From a virus: a DNA stretch of 64,000 nt. Position numbers and translations under genes: made by a program. Below the pieces are notes generated by a model, which saw only the letters and a list, made by a program, of their open reading frames with translations, ran no database searches and was not told the DNA's origin. Numbering within the stretch: position 1 is the stretch's first letter; the number at the start of each line of letters is the position of its first letter. Positions 9,972 through 19,925 of the stretch are shown piece by piece. Where the stretch lies: IMG/VR virus record IMGVR_UViG_3300045988_183746. One strand, 5' to 3'.

Positions 9972-10203
9972 TCCGGTTATCCTAAAGTATCCAGTTCGTC
10001 CGGCATAGCTTGGCGATTGGATACTGACCGGAACCAGATCCACTGGTTCCTAAAAGCAGCACAGTTTCTATATTGAATGGGACGCTTCATTGGCAAAGTC
10101 TGTGTCGTTCCCTAAAAGTGTACTATCCTGCCCACAATTAGATTATCCTGTAGTTAATTTGTACCTTTGAGTATTGAAAATCAGCTGATAACAAAAAAAG
10201 GCT

Positions 10204-10623
10204 ATGAAGATTATTTGTACAAAGTGCGGAAGCACAAACATAATTTGCGAGGTATGGATGAATCCTAACACTGGTGAGATCCATCATTTTTCAGACGAAT
10301 CCTTGGAATATGAGGCTTGCTGGGATTGCAATGAATATTGCCTTCTCACGGATGTGGATGACACCAAAGAAACCCTACAGGAATTATACAAGTCCTTTAA
10401 GGGATCCAACAAACGCGAGCCGGGCTATCTCCACTGTGACGTGATGAAGAAGGACGGCATGAAAGGCGTAAATGTATATATCAAGATTGGCAAGACTGGC
10501 ATCGCGGACAAGACATATGGAATTGACTCCATTTATACCTGCAAAGATCTCGATGAACTGTCAAGTTTGTGCGATTTCAACAAGCACGGATTTTCAATTG
10601 TAAATTGTATATGCTTTATGTGA
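10204..10623 (+). CDS. Hypothetical protein with N-terminal zinc-ribbon (CTKCGS...CEVW)
   Basis: 139-aa ORF whose promoter motif at 10162-10169 sits in a cassette near-identical to the one upstream of 8933. Confidence 0.55.
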   Translation: MKIICTKCGSTNIICEVWMNPNTGEIHHFSDESLEYEACWDCNEYCLLTDVDDTKETLQELYKSFKGSNKREPGYLHCDVMKKDGMKGVNVYIKIGKTGIADKTYGIDSIYTCKDLDELSSLCDFNKHGFSIVNCICFM

Positions 10624-10723
10624 TCCTTTGGAGTTCCAATCGCTAAAAAAGATATGAATATTATTGAATATTATAACGCAAAGGTAGCCTATTTCAAAAG
10701 AATGAGTTATCTTTGCTCCATAA

Positions 10724-10993
10724 TTGAAAAACAAAATTTTAACCAAAATAATAGCTATGGCAGCAACGAAAGATTCTAAAAAGCTCCTTATCCGGTGCTT
10801 AACTCAAGAAATACCCGTGTTTGTTCTGACCGGTTCAGACAAGTGTGCAATGGCAGCGTTGAATGCATATCTCGCCGAAGCAAAACGCTTGGGTTGTGTT
10901 CCCGAATTTATCAAGGATTTGGAAACCAATGTCCTTCCCGATTTTAATGATTTTCAGGAACAGGAACCAGAGAAAGTAAAATTGCCTGACTGA
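10724..10993 (+). CDS. Hypothetical protein
   Basis: 89-aa ORF. Confidence 0.45.
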   Translation: MKNKILTKIIAMAATKDSKKLLIRCLTQEIPVFVLTGSDKCAMAALNAYLAEAKRLGCVPEFIKDLETNVLPDFNDFQEQEPEKVKLPD

Positions 10994-11188
10994 CGATATA
11001 TTGGGTGGGAAACCGCCTGATCCTTTGTTGACCTTGACCGGGAGCAGCGGCTTCCGGGTTATTTTCCGTGAAGGGAGGGCGCTTAAATGGAGAAGTATTA
11101 TCCCTAACCTTACACACAGAATACATTTAACAATGTATATATCAAAAGATTAAATAGTTATCTTTGTATAAAGATAATAGGAAAGGCA

Positions 11189-11446
11189 ATGGAAACAATA
11201 AAAATCAAAGATTTCACCGGCAGTTGCTTCGGTTTGTTCATGGAAGGGGAATTTGTATGCTCCGATGATTGGCAGGCGATGCGGGAACAGGCAGTCCGTT
11301 TGGCTTATAGACAGGAGAAAAAGGTATCCATCTCGGCTATCAAATATGAAGGGACGGATGAAGATCCAGTCATAAAGGAAGGACAGCCCATCATGCAGTT
11401 CAGCAAGCACAACGATACAGTGTATATCGTAGGTGGAATAGACTAA
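11189..11446 (+). CDS. Hypothetical protein
   Basis: 85-aa ORF with a promoter motif at 11169-11176. Confidence 0.5.
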   Translation: METIKIKDFTGSCFGLFMEGEFVCSDDWQAMREQAVRLAYRQEKKVSISAIKYEGTDEDPVIKEGQPIMQFSKHNDTVYIVGGID

Positions 11447-11469
11447 GTAGAATATTAAACAATAATACA

Positions 11470-11946
11470 ATGGGGAATACTTTAACTTTTGAAAGAATGA
11501 CCGAAAAATCGGTGATGAATCTCGTTGAGAGAATTGCGGACTCCAATAAAGATGCAGGCGATCAACTCCATCGGTTGAAGAAGTCAATGCTTAAGAGTTT
11601 GCACTCTTTGGTACATTCCTTCCCTAATGAGTCCTTCAGCTTCAAGGAGCTGGTGGAAAACGAGCGATTCAGCCTCTATATGGGCGGTTCACTGGACTAT
11701 CCGGTGGCACAACCGGATCCGTTAAAAGACCCGCAGCCGGTCTATCGTGTGTTCATAGATGACGGAAAACTCTGGTTTAACCAACCGGACGAATATATTA
11801 TTCCGGCGAACAAACTCTCAGTAGAAGCAATCTGTGAGATACAGAACTCTCTGCATGAGTTCTGTCATACCTATTTCGAGTTTATGCAGCAGGACGAACC
11901 TGAGGGTATGGACATTTACGAAGAAGAAACAATATTCGAATATTAA
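11470..11946 (+). CDS. Hypothetical protein
   Basis: 158-aa ORF. Confidence 0.55.
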   Translation: MGNTLTFERMTEKSVMNLVERIADSNKDAGDQLHRLKKSMLKSLHSLVHSFPNESFSFKELVENERFSLYMGGSLDYPVAQPDPLKDPQPVYRVFIDDGKLWFNQPDEYIIPANKLSVEAICEIQNSLHEFCHTYFEFMQQDEPEGMDIYEEETIFEY

Positions 11947-11956
11947 AGAAACCGTT

Positions 11957-12136
11957 ATGAAAACCATACAAACCTCTATCAGTGTAGGTGAATCTATTAG
12001 GGTTGCCGGAATCGACATGAACGTCATATCCGTTGATCATAAGTACAGCTTTGCCAAACTTCAAGCAACAGATAAAAGCGAAATGGCAACCATCAATATC
12101 AGTGTGTTGGAAGAAATCAAAAACAGGATGAAATAA
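11957..12136 (+). CDS. Hypothetical small protein
   Basis: 59 aa, starting from an internal ATG of the 11834 ORF located after the 11946 stop. Confidence 0.35.
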   Translation: MKTIQTSISVGESIRVAGIDMNVISVDHKYSFAKLQATDKSEMATINISVLEEIKNRMK

Positions 12137-12146
12137 ACAAACAATC

Positions 12147-12617
12147 ATGGTAGAAGCAATAGTCAACATAAGTACTTTCAGAGGAAGTTGTGTGGAAGCC
12201 ACACATTACTACGGATCGCTTCATGTGATAAGCTCGGAGTTTATCGAATTGAAGCGTCCCATCACCCAAGAAGAAATAGACAAGAATCCGGATCGTTGGT
12301 ATAATTACGATGAAGGTGATCTGACGAACTGCTTCAAGTCATGGCGCGATGTCATTATCGCAGCTGGCAAGAAAGCCAAGGAGATCGGTCTGGACCTTGA
12401 TACGATTGCGGTAGTGGGGATTCCCAATACAGAGAGGTTGTCTTACCGCGATTCTTTGAAGCCACTGGATACACGCCCGAAGTGCAAGCGGTGTGGAAAG
12501 GTATTCAAACCCGGTGAACCATGCTACAACACTCCCAGCGGGTTGTTTTGTGTAACATGCTATGAAACAAGAAATGATACTCACAACAGAAAAACTGGTA
12601 TTTGTCACCGATCCTGA
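12147..12617 (+). CDS. Hypothetical protein with C-terminal Cys-rich zinc-binding motif
   Basis: 156 aa; contains CKRCGKVFKPGEPCYNTPSGLFCVTCY. Confidence 0.5.
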   Translation: MVEAIVNISTFRGSCVEATHYYGSLHVISSEFIELKRPITQEEIDKNPDRWYNYDEGDLTNCFKSWRDVIIAAGKKAKEIGLDLDTIAVVGIPNTERLSYRDSLKPLDTRPKCKRCGKVFKPGEPCYNTPSGLFCVTCYETRNDTHNRKTGICHRS

Positions 12618-12819
12618 CGAATCGGACAAGAATATAGAGAATCTGGTCACTGAGTTCAACACGAACCTGTACCGGATTAAGATAGACAGGACTCTCAAGC
12701 CTCCTTATTATGAATTGTTTCATGAATGGAAAGAAGGCAGGAGAGTTCTGCATAACCGTTTGTTTGCATCAGGCAAACTGGAGAAAGTGGTGGATTTCAT
12801 TAACCTAAACATACAGTAA
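12562..12819 (+). CDS. Hypothetical protein
   Basis: 85-aa ORF overlapping the previous gene by 56 nt. Confidence 0.4.
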   Translation: MKQEMILTTEKLVFVTDPDESDKNIENLVTEFNTNLYRIKIDRTLKPPYYELFHEWKEGRRVLHNRLFASGKLEKVVDFINLNIQ

Positions 12820-12821
12820 AG

Positions 12822-13232
12822 ATGGGAGTCAAACTTAAGTTCCGTCCCTCTTCTTCCAAGGGGAAGAAAGGATCAGTCCATTTTCAGTTTATTTACAGGA
12901 ATGAAATAAGGCATGTCCCGTCCGGATACAATGTATATCCGGATGAATGGCATGATTCTTTTGCATGTATTGTCATACCTGAAAATACAGATTCTGAACG
13001 GAAAGAATATCTGAGGGAGGCGTTCAAGGACTTATCAGAAAAGTTAGCCACTTTCAAAAAGGTTTTTGCTGCACTGAAATGGCAGAAGCGGATTATACCG
13101 TCGATCAGATCATTGAATTATGCTTCAAACCGGCGGCAAACTTTCACTTCCTTGCTTTTGCTCACAAGCTGGTCGGTGAGACCAAACTTGCCGGCAAGAC
13201 AAGAACGGTCGAGACATACCAGACCGCTTTGA
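12822..13232 (+). CDS. Tyrosine recombinase, N-terminal arm-DNA-binding domain ORF (frame 3; part of a frameshifted integrase)
   Basis: MGVKLKFRPSSSKGKKGSVHFQFIYRNEIRHV... resembles the N-terminal arm-binding domain of Bacteroides integrases. The protein-like sequence ends around 13078, where the frame 2 ORF begins. Confidence 0.55.
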   Translation: MGVKLKFRPSSSKGKKGSVHFQFIYRNEIRHVPSGYNVYPDEWHDSFACIVIPENTDSERKEYLREAFKDLSEKLATFKKVFAALKWQKRIIPSIRSLNYASNRRQTFTSLLLLTSWSVRPNLPARQERSRHTRPL

Positions 13233-14029
13233 ACAGTTTCGAGCGGTTCTTGAAAGAAACAGATCGTAACGGGCTGGAAGAGATGGGTAGCGGGCTGGTT
13301 GGTAAATACGGTGAATGGCTCCAGAGAAACGGCATTTGCCTTAACACGATGTCGTTCTATATGAGAAATCTGCGGTCAATGTACAATCAGGCTGTTGCCA
13401 AAGGTGTATTGGAACAACAGCAGCCTTTCAGCAATGTCTATACCGGTTCCAAGGAGGTGGTAAGATTTGCCGTTCCTTTGGATACAATCAGGAGAATACG
13501 CGACTTAGATCTGTCCGCTGATCCCCGTCTGGATTTTGCAAGGGATATTTTCATGTTCAGTTTCTATACCCGTGGCATGTCTTTTATAGATATCGCCAAC
13601 CTGAAAAAGGAGGATTTGAAAAACGGTTTCCTGACGTATCATCCCAGAGAGTCGAACAAGATACTGTCAATCAAATGGGAAAAGCCAATGGCAGACATCG
13701 TAGCCAAATACGCCAAGCATGAAACTCCTTTTCTGTTGCCTATTATCAGCGAGCCAGTGAGTGTCAACAGGAAAGAATACACAAATATACTTCACGCCAT
13801 CAATACAAGGTTGAAAAGAATAGGGCTGATGCTAAATCTGGATGTGCCCTTACAAACAAATATGGCCCGGCACGCATGGGCTTTGACAGCCAAGAACATG
13901 AACATACCCATACCGGTTATCTGCGAAGCTCTGGGGCAGAATTCCGAGAACACCACTTTGAGCTATCTGGCGACGATTGAAACGTCTCAGTCAGACAAAG
14001 CGAACAAGAATATTCTTGACTCCCTATAA
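13079..14029 (+). CDS. Tyrosine recombinase / integrase, SAM-like plus catalytic domains (frame 2)
   Basis: 316 aa with the catalytic-region signature HxxR (NMARHAWAL) and the C-terminal Tyr in TLSYLATIE. Fusing it with the upstream ORF gives about 402 aa, typical of Bacteroides integrases. Confidence 0.8.
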   Translation: MAEADYTVDQIIELCFKPAANFHFLAFAHKLVGETKLAGKTRTVETYQTALNSFERFLKETDRNGLEEMGSGLVGKYGEWLQRNGICLNTMSFYMRNLRSMYNQAVAKGVLEQQQPFSNVYTGSKEVVRFAVPLDTIRRIRDLDLSADPRLDFARDIFMFSFYTRGMSFIDIANLKKEDLKNGFLTYHPRESNKILSIKWEKPMADIVAKYAKHETPFLLPIISEPVSVNRKEYTNILHAINTRLKRIGLMLNLDVPLQTNMARHAWALTAKNMNIPIPVICEALGQNSENTTLSYLATIETSQSDKANKNILDSL

Positions 14030-14105
14030 AGGAATGTAGAAACACTGAACAATAACTAATATCAGACACTCGGTATTATTCATTGGCTTTCTATTTTATG
14101 TGTGT

Positions 14106-14130
14106 CGGGAACGTACCAAACGTTCCCTAT
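14106..14130 (+). repeat. Palindromic element CGGGAACG-N7-CGTTCCCTAT (family 1), copy 1 of 4
   Basis: Other copies at 47516, 49016 and 54599; all lie downstream of + strand gene ends. Confidence 0.6.
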
Positions 14131-14239
14131 TAGGTATAGCCTGCTTAAATGAAGAAGCCTGAACCCTATTCCTTGCCTATTTATATCTATCTGATTATGT
14201 GTAATGTAGCTACAATTTAGTATCTTTACATATCAATAA

Positions 14240-14500
14240 ATGAGTATGAGTTACTACGAAATCAAACCAGAGACGCTAAGGTCAAACCTTGAGTTTATCC
14301 GGCAGGAAATAGGCAGGTTCCAACAGGCTCATGATGAACTTAACAACAAACCTGACGAAAGCCGTTCGGATGATGCTGACACCCTGCTTAGAGGGTATTC
14401 GAGAGTGTTGAATGAATTAAAAGCGCTTATCCGACATGATTATGATGTGGAAAATAATAAAGTCAAACAATATGAACAAGAAAGTTTTCAAAGGAGTTGA
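14240..14500 (+). CDS. Hypothetical protein
   Basis: 86-aa ORF with a promoter-like TATCTTTA upstream. Confidence 0.5.
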   Translation: MSMSYYEIKPETLRSNLEFIRQEIGRFQQAHDELNNKPDESRSDDADTLLRGYSRVLNELKALIRHDYDVENNKVKQYEQESFQRS

Positions 14501-14528
14501 TCTGAAAGAGAATAATCAAATTTAGCCT

Positions 14529-15614
14529 ATGAAATCAAACAAACATATAGTGACCGGTGGCAAGCCGGTCCTGCCTGAGATTCTTTTTCCGGATACTCAT
14601 CTGACATTCGCCGATTTTTTCTGCGGATGTGGTGGACTCTCTTTGGGCATGATTCAGTCTGGCATGAAATGTGTCTCGGCAATGGATTTTTCGCCTGAAG
14701 CCATCTGTACATACTGGCTGAACCTTTGTGTTAAAGGATGGAGTCATCTTTGGATCTCTCCCGAGAATGAAAAGGGAGCCAAGACTTTGCTGAAGATTCT
14801 AAAGACCGGTGAGACCGCAAACTGGTTCTTCCAACATGAAATCCCCGATAACTGGTTGCAATCGCCCAAACCGATGCCCTGCCTGAACCTGTTCCTGTAT
14901 AGTATTCTGGATTTGGAACCGGAAGAATGGTTGGAAATTATGGGACTTCGTCCCGGAGATATATCGGTCTTTGTCGGCGGCCCTCCCTGCCAGGGATTCA
15001 GCACGGCAAACACCAACCGGAGTGTATTTGACGAACGGAACCAGTTGCCGCTTCGCTATATATACTATGCAAAGGTCTGCAAACCCAACTATGTGATAAT
15101 CGAGAATGTTCCGGGACTGATAACACTAGGCAAGACTAAAGACAAGAAAACCGGCCCGTTTGTCGATTGGATAGCACAGGCTTTTGACGAAGCAGGATAT
15201 GATATGACATACAAAGTCCATAAATGTGAAGAATATGGTATTCCTCAGACGCGCAAAAGGGTCATATTTTGCGGCATACGGAAAGATGCCAACCTACCGG
15301 CCATAGAATTTCCTGAGGGTGAGTATGGCGGGAGGAGCGGTAAACAGCCCGTACAGACAGTACGTGAGGCCATCGGGCACTTGCCTCCTATCAGAGCCGG
15401 AGAGTCGTGGACCGGCGACAAGGTAAAACCCTATGGATATGATGCAGCGGACGGGTATGTCATCTGTCCACACTGTCTTCAATATAATTTGGAGCAACGG
15501 AAAAAATGTATCCATTGCGGTACGTCTCTGGAGAACCCGATTCGAGGGGGTGTCTTTGTAGTTCCCGGCATGGGTGTGATGGCGAATATGACCAAGCCGA
15601 TAAACAGGGTATAA
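14529..15614 (+). CDS. dcm: DNA (cytosine-5)-methyltransferase with C-terminal zinc-ribbon
   Basis: Motif I FFCGCGGLSLG (FxGxGG), motif IV GGPPCQGFS, motif VI ENVPGL and motif VIII QTRKRV; C-terminal CPHC...CIHCG. Confidence 0.9.
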   Translation: MKSNKHIVTGGKPVLPEILFPDTHLTFADFFCGCGGLSLGMIQSGMKCVSAMDFSPEAICTYWLNLCVKGWSHLWISPENEKGAKTLLKILKTGETANWFFQHEIPDNWLQSPKPMPCLNLFLYSILDLEPEEWLEIMGLRPGDISVFVGGPPCQGFSTANTNRSVFDERNQLPLRYIYYAKVCKPNYVIIENVPGLITLGKTKDKKTGPFVDWIAQAFDEAGYDMTYKVHKCEEYGIPQTRKRVIFCGIRKDANLPAIEFPEGEYGGRSGKQPVQTVREAIGHLPPIRAGESWTGDKVKPYGYDAADGYVICPHCLQYNLEQRKKCIHCGTSLENPIRGGVFVVPGMGVMANMTKPINRV

Positions 15615-15997
15615 AGTATTCCCATAATAGCTGGCAAAATTCCGGTGGTCAGGCATCATATAGATCTCCTGATTACCGGAGTTATATTATTCATGATATG
15701 GTTCCAATGTGGACGAGGGTGTGTCAAAACAGAAATGACAACTTCTAAAAGTTACAGATTGTAACGTATAACACTTAAAAGGGTCGTATCAAGCTCTGTA
15801 TGGAGTAATGATACGACCCTTTTGGGGATCTTTTAGGATGCTCAAATTTCAAATTATAAGTTCATCTTTTTAATAATTGAGTTTTGACACACCCTCTTGG
15901 TGTGCGATTAGTTGCTTTTGGCTTAAATGGAAATGCAGGATTCGAGATCTTCTTCCCGATATGCACGTGATATTTTTAACATGAATGTTTATTTAAT

Positions 15998-16005
15998 TAT
16001 CTTTG
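15998..16005 (+). promoter_or_regulatory. Bacteroidota -7 promoter element TATCTTTG
   Basis: About 30 nt upstream of the ATG at 16036. Confidence 0.5.
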
Positions 16006-16035
16006 TGTCAGATAAATAACCAACACTATAAAAAA

Positions 16036-17034
16036 ATGAACTACGAGGAAATATCCAAATTCAATGATGCCAACAAAATTGACTGTTGGCCGGGGAATAT
16101 CAAAAAGGTGAAGGCTGTATTCGATAGCCAGCCTTTGGAATTTGTAAAAGAATACTATCAGTTCTGGAAACAAGAATACGAAGTACGAAAGAAGAAAGGT
16201 GGATACGGCTGCTCCAGCCTGCACCGGTCCGTAGCCGTGATGGAAAAATACATCAGGGAGCGTGGCTTGGGAATTGATGTGTCTTACCAGAAGTTGATAG
16301 CACAGTTGGAAGATATATTGAGCAAGTTCAAAGATACGTATATTGGCAAAGTCAAAGGTTTTGCCGAAAAACAGTATGAATGGGCTTTAAAATTGAACTC
16401 ATGGAACGAACTGGACTGGATTGCGGACTCATTTACCCAGACGACACGCATACGATGTGGATATCTTCAATGTGCAGTAGTTCCTTATAAGGCGGCTAAC
16501 GGACAGACCATTTGGGTGAATTTTTGTTCTGCCTTAGGTAGATATGAGGTACGGAACCTGAAAGAAGTAGATCCGACAGCATCGTATATTTACTACAATG
16601 TCAGCGGAAAAGGAAAGACCAATATCATAGTAAGATCGCCTGAACTTGCCGAAGCCAGAATGTGTGACAGTGAGAAACTTGAGACCCCGGCACGGCCAAT
16701 TCCTAGTAAAAGACAAAAGCTATTTAAGAATATTGAGGGTACCACCAAATTTGCCATAAACGGAAAAGAAATATGGGTGGAGCAAGCCCTAAAGGATGCC
16801 GAAGACAAGTTCAAGGCTGACATTCGGGTGTTGGCAAACAAGATCCGCGAAAGAAGTATCAACGAAGAGAATCTTTCTTTGCTATATGCTAGTGATGATC
16901 CGAAACATATTCAAATCAGTATCTCGGATGGTAATATTACCCTGTACGCAAGGAGCATCTTTGCAGCAGCAAATTCCATATTGTTATCACCGCATTTTCG
17001 GTTCATAGTGACCGAAACCTCCAAAACAAAATAA
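16036..17034 (+). CDS. Hypothetical protein (possible cognate partner of the Dcm methyltransferase, unproven)
   Basis: ORF track 16003..17034 begins with a TTG that lies inside the promoter motif; the first ATG (MNYEEISKF) is at 16036. Confidence 0.6.
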   Translation: MNYEEISKFNDANKIDCWPGNIKKVKAVFDSQPLEFVKEYYQFWKQEYEVRKKKGGYGCSSLHRSVAVMEKYIRERGLGIDVSYQKLIAQLEDILSKFKDTYIGKVKGFAEKQYEWALKLNSWNELDWIADSFTQTTRIRCGYLQCAVVPYKAANGQTIWVNFCSALGRYEVRNLKEVDPTASYIYYNVSGKGKTNIIVRSPELAEARMCDSEKLETPARPIPSKRQKLFKNIEGTTKFAINGKEIWVEQALKDAEDKFKADIRVLANKIRERSINEENLSLLYASDDPKHIQISISDGNITLYARSIFAAANSILLSPHFRFIVTETSKTK

Positions 17035-17252
17035 CCCATTCCGACCGTCGGTTGCTTGTGAAAGTAGCCGGCGGTGTTTTTCGGATGTATGCTCAGGGCG
17101 ATGCCCCCCACTACCTAACAAACCAAATTCAACTAATCCCGCTTATTTAGGAAAGTACGAGCCTGCTGTTTACATACCATTAAACACCTGTATATCTATA
17201 TATTACACTCATTATAACTATATTTGTAGTAGAAATTAAAACCCCCAGTAAT

Positions 17253-17465
17253 ATGGCATGGTTAGCAGTAAATAAGAATGGAACAGAAATGGTTTTCCCC
17301 GAAAAGCCTGTATATGACGGCTGGGATTGGGAACATGTAGAGTTTATGGAGTTCGAGTGTGAGCAATTCTATGTCCCTACTGGGATTGAACTTCCCAAGG
17401 GCTCAATCCAAAAACTTGCCGGACGAATTATAACATTCAGTGACGGACCAATAGAAATCAAATGA
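17253..17465 (+). CDS. Hypothetical small protein
   Basis: 70-aa ORF. Confidence 0.45.
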   Translation: MAWLAVNKNGTEMVFPEKPVYDGWDWEHVEFMEFECEQFYVPTGIELPKGSIQKLAGRIITFSDGPIEIK

Positions 17466-17487
17466 TTCAAATAACCAAAACAGTAAT

Positions 17488-17973
17488 ATGGCAATAAATT
17501 TGAACAATTATGTAAAACAGGAAATAAAAACCTCCTATGCAATAAAGGTAGGCGATATTTTTTCCGACATGGGCGAGTCATTCGTCTTTCGGTGCGATAC
17601 AATAAAAGATGGTTTCCTGTATTGCACATTATTAGAGGGTGACGCGGACGGACTGAAGCCCGAAAAAGATGGCAAGTATATGTTATGTATTTGCGATGTA
17701 ATATGGCAAGTCCTGACTCCTGCCAAATATAAAGCGTATGTCCTTTTTGGGGATGATATTTGCATCGCATACAATAACGGATCATTGGAAGAATTATTGA
17801 ATGATCCCGATGGAAAGTGCTTTGACATTACAGTCCGTGAGTTTGAAACAGAAGCAGAACGCGATGCGTACCTGTTAGGAATCAATGATCATGAGGACTG
17901 GGTTGGTCATGCGGTGCTGACAGAGAAGTTTGACTCCGAAGAGATTAAACTTCTTGAGAGCAAAGGGTACTGA
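17488..17973 (+). CDS. Hypothetical protein
   Basis: 161-aa ORF. Confidence 0.6.
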   Translation: MAINLNNYVKQEIKTSYAIKVGDIFSDMGESFVFRCDTIKDGFLYCTLLEGDADGLKPEKDGKYMLCICDVIWQVLTPAKYKAYVLFGDDICIAYNNGSLEELLNDPDGKCFDITVREFETEAERDAYLLGINDHEDWVGHAVLTEKFDSEEIKLLESKGY

Positions 17974-18736
17974 CTAGTGAAGTCCGGGCAGTTATCCCTG
18001 CCCGGCAGCGTGTCCCTTTCCGGAATCTGAACACAGATTCCTATCTTACGATTTCGATAAAATATATTCAATAATAAATATTATTCAGAGTTATCGTATG
18101 TAACAAATTAATATTCATATAGTTAATAGCTTCAAGTATAACTTTTCAAGTTATATCCCCCTATATCTGATTTTCGACATATAACTGGACATTTTAATAA
18201 TTACCACATATAAGTTAACAGGGGAAATTGTGTTAATGTATAAATATTGTTATTTTTTGTTCCATGTGAATATACAAACTAACCGAAGTCGCTATATTTG
18301 CATAATAAGACCTTATAAGTAATTAGTATCTTAAGAACTTTGACCATGAATAAAATAAAAAAACACATTCCTAATAAGAAATGTTTGAGTAACAATCGTT
18401 TCGGAAATATAAAAATAAAGATTCTAAATATGCCCCAATATACCGATAAGGAGTTAACTCAATCCTATATAAAAAACATGAAAAAAATAGAAGCCATTTT
18501 GAAATCATAATACAATAGCTTGTTCCAAAAAAGTATAGCCTACTATATAAGGAATATATTTTCTGTTTATCACCTTTATTCCTATCAGAAACAGGATTAT
18601 GGATTTTCGGTGTACTTAATGCTATATTCTTAATATATGCGACTTTATATTTTATGACTGAGAATAATGATAAAGAATGAGTTTGTTGTAACGAATAATA
18701 TATTTTTTAGCAATTAGTATCATAAAAACTTACACT

Positions 18737-18925
18737 ATGGACATCATTTCTATTTTTTCGTCAGTTGCAGGATTAGAAGAACTCATTGTCTTTTTAGTAT
18801 TTATTGTGCTTCCCCTTGTTATTTTATGTTCAAGTCGTCCCACCTGTAGCTTTGAAGAAAGTGCATGGAAAGAGATCACTGAGGATGATGATAAGAATGA
18901 ACACCCAAATGATGATAAAAAATAG
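18737..18925 (+). CDS. Hypothetical small membrane peptide (hydrophobic N-terminus, acidic C-terminus)
   Basis: 62 aa, lying in a very AT-rich island. Confidence 0.3.
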   Translation: MDIISIFSSVAGLEELIVFLVFIVLPLVILCSSRPTCSFEESAWKEITEDDDKNEHPNDDKK

Positions 18926-18940
18926 TAAGCTTAATATTAG

Positions 18941-19213
18941 TTATTTCTTCCAATTATTACACGATTTAACAGCTTTAATTATAAGAATACCAAAACCTGT
19001 AAGCAAAAATAGAAGGATTATTAAGTAATCATTACTACAGCCTTTTTCTTCTAAAAGAAAGAAATACTCAGAATACATAATGATGGAAGAAATATAGGCC
19101 AACACAAGATATTCCGGCATCTTTGATTTCAAATGTATTTTTTTATTTCCCATACTAAAGAAAACTAAAAAGAATGGGACTGTACTTAGTGAATATAATA
19201 TTGAATTTCGCAA
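18941..19213 (-). CDS. Hypothetical small membrane protein (about 3 TM helices)
   Basis: 90-aa ORF in the AT-rich island; one of the few minus-strand ORFs. Confidence 0.3.
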   Translation of the reverse strand: MRNSILYSLSTVPFFLVFFSMGNKKIHLKSKMPEYLVLAYISSIIMYSEYFFLLEEKGCSNDYLIILLFLLTGFGILIIKAVKSCNNWKK

Positions 19214-19925
19214 GGAAACAATAATATTATGGATGAATATATATATTATCAGTATTGTAATTATCTATATTAGCGAAAATAAAAATTGTATATATTATTA
19301 TACATAGCAAATGAAGTTTTGGGATTTCATTTCTGCTTAATACACTGTTAAAGAAAACAAATAAGCGAATGATATTGTCCATAGTGTAAGTTCTATATAG
19401 ACTTTGCCTAGCGTTTTAACGAGTCATAAGCCAATATGCCATCAAACGGCCATCAAATATTATGCGTTGTATATTAACGGTTTACGATTCGTCAAACAAT
19501 ATGTTTTCTACCTAATATATCCTCCTTATTAATTCTGTATGATGGGCTAAGATCGTTTTATTTGGTAAAAAATAAAATCAGGTGATACTTATATTCTATC
19601 GGCAAGATGTTTTCTATGAATTTTTCCAACAGGCCGTCCCTGTCAGTCATAAGGCCCCTGAATACTATAATCCCTTCCACCTTCCATATCACTTTGCAAA
19701 ACAGCAGAACAAGGGAATAAGGTTGGAATGAAGGAAATAGGTTAAGACAACATACTGATTGCTTCCGTTTTCATGCAGCGTCCCGCATATCCTTTCACAA
19801 TAGCAGGCTGAATCTTATATTCTCCTTTCATCAAAAAACGAGCAGGTACGCAAACTTTCCGTGGCAATTATTTGTATATATAATAAATCACAGGTATTTT
19901 TGCCACAGGATTAAAGAAGACACGC

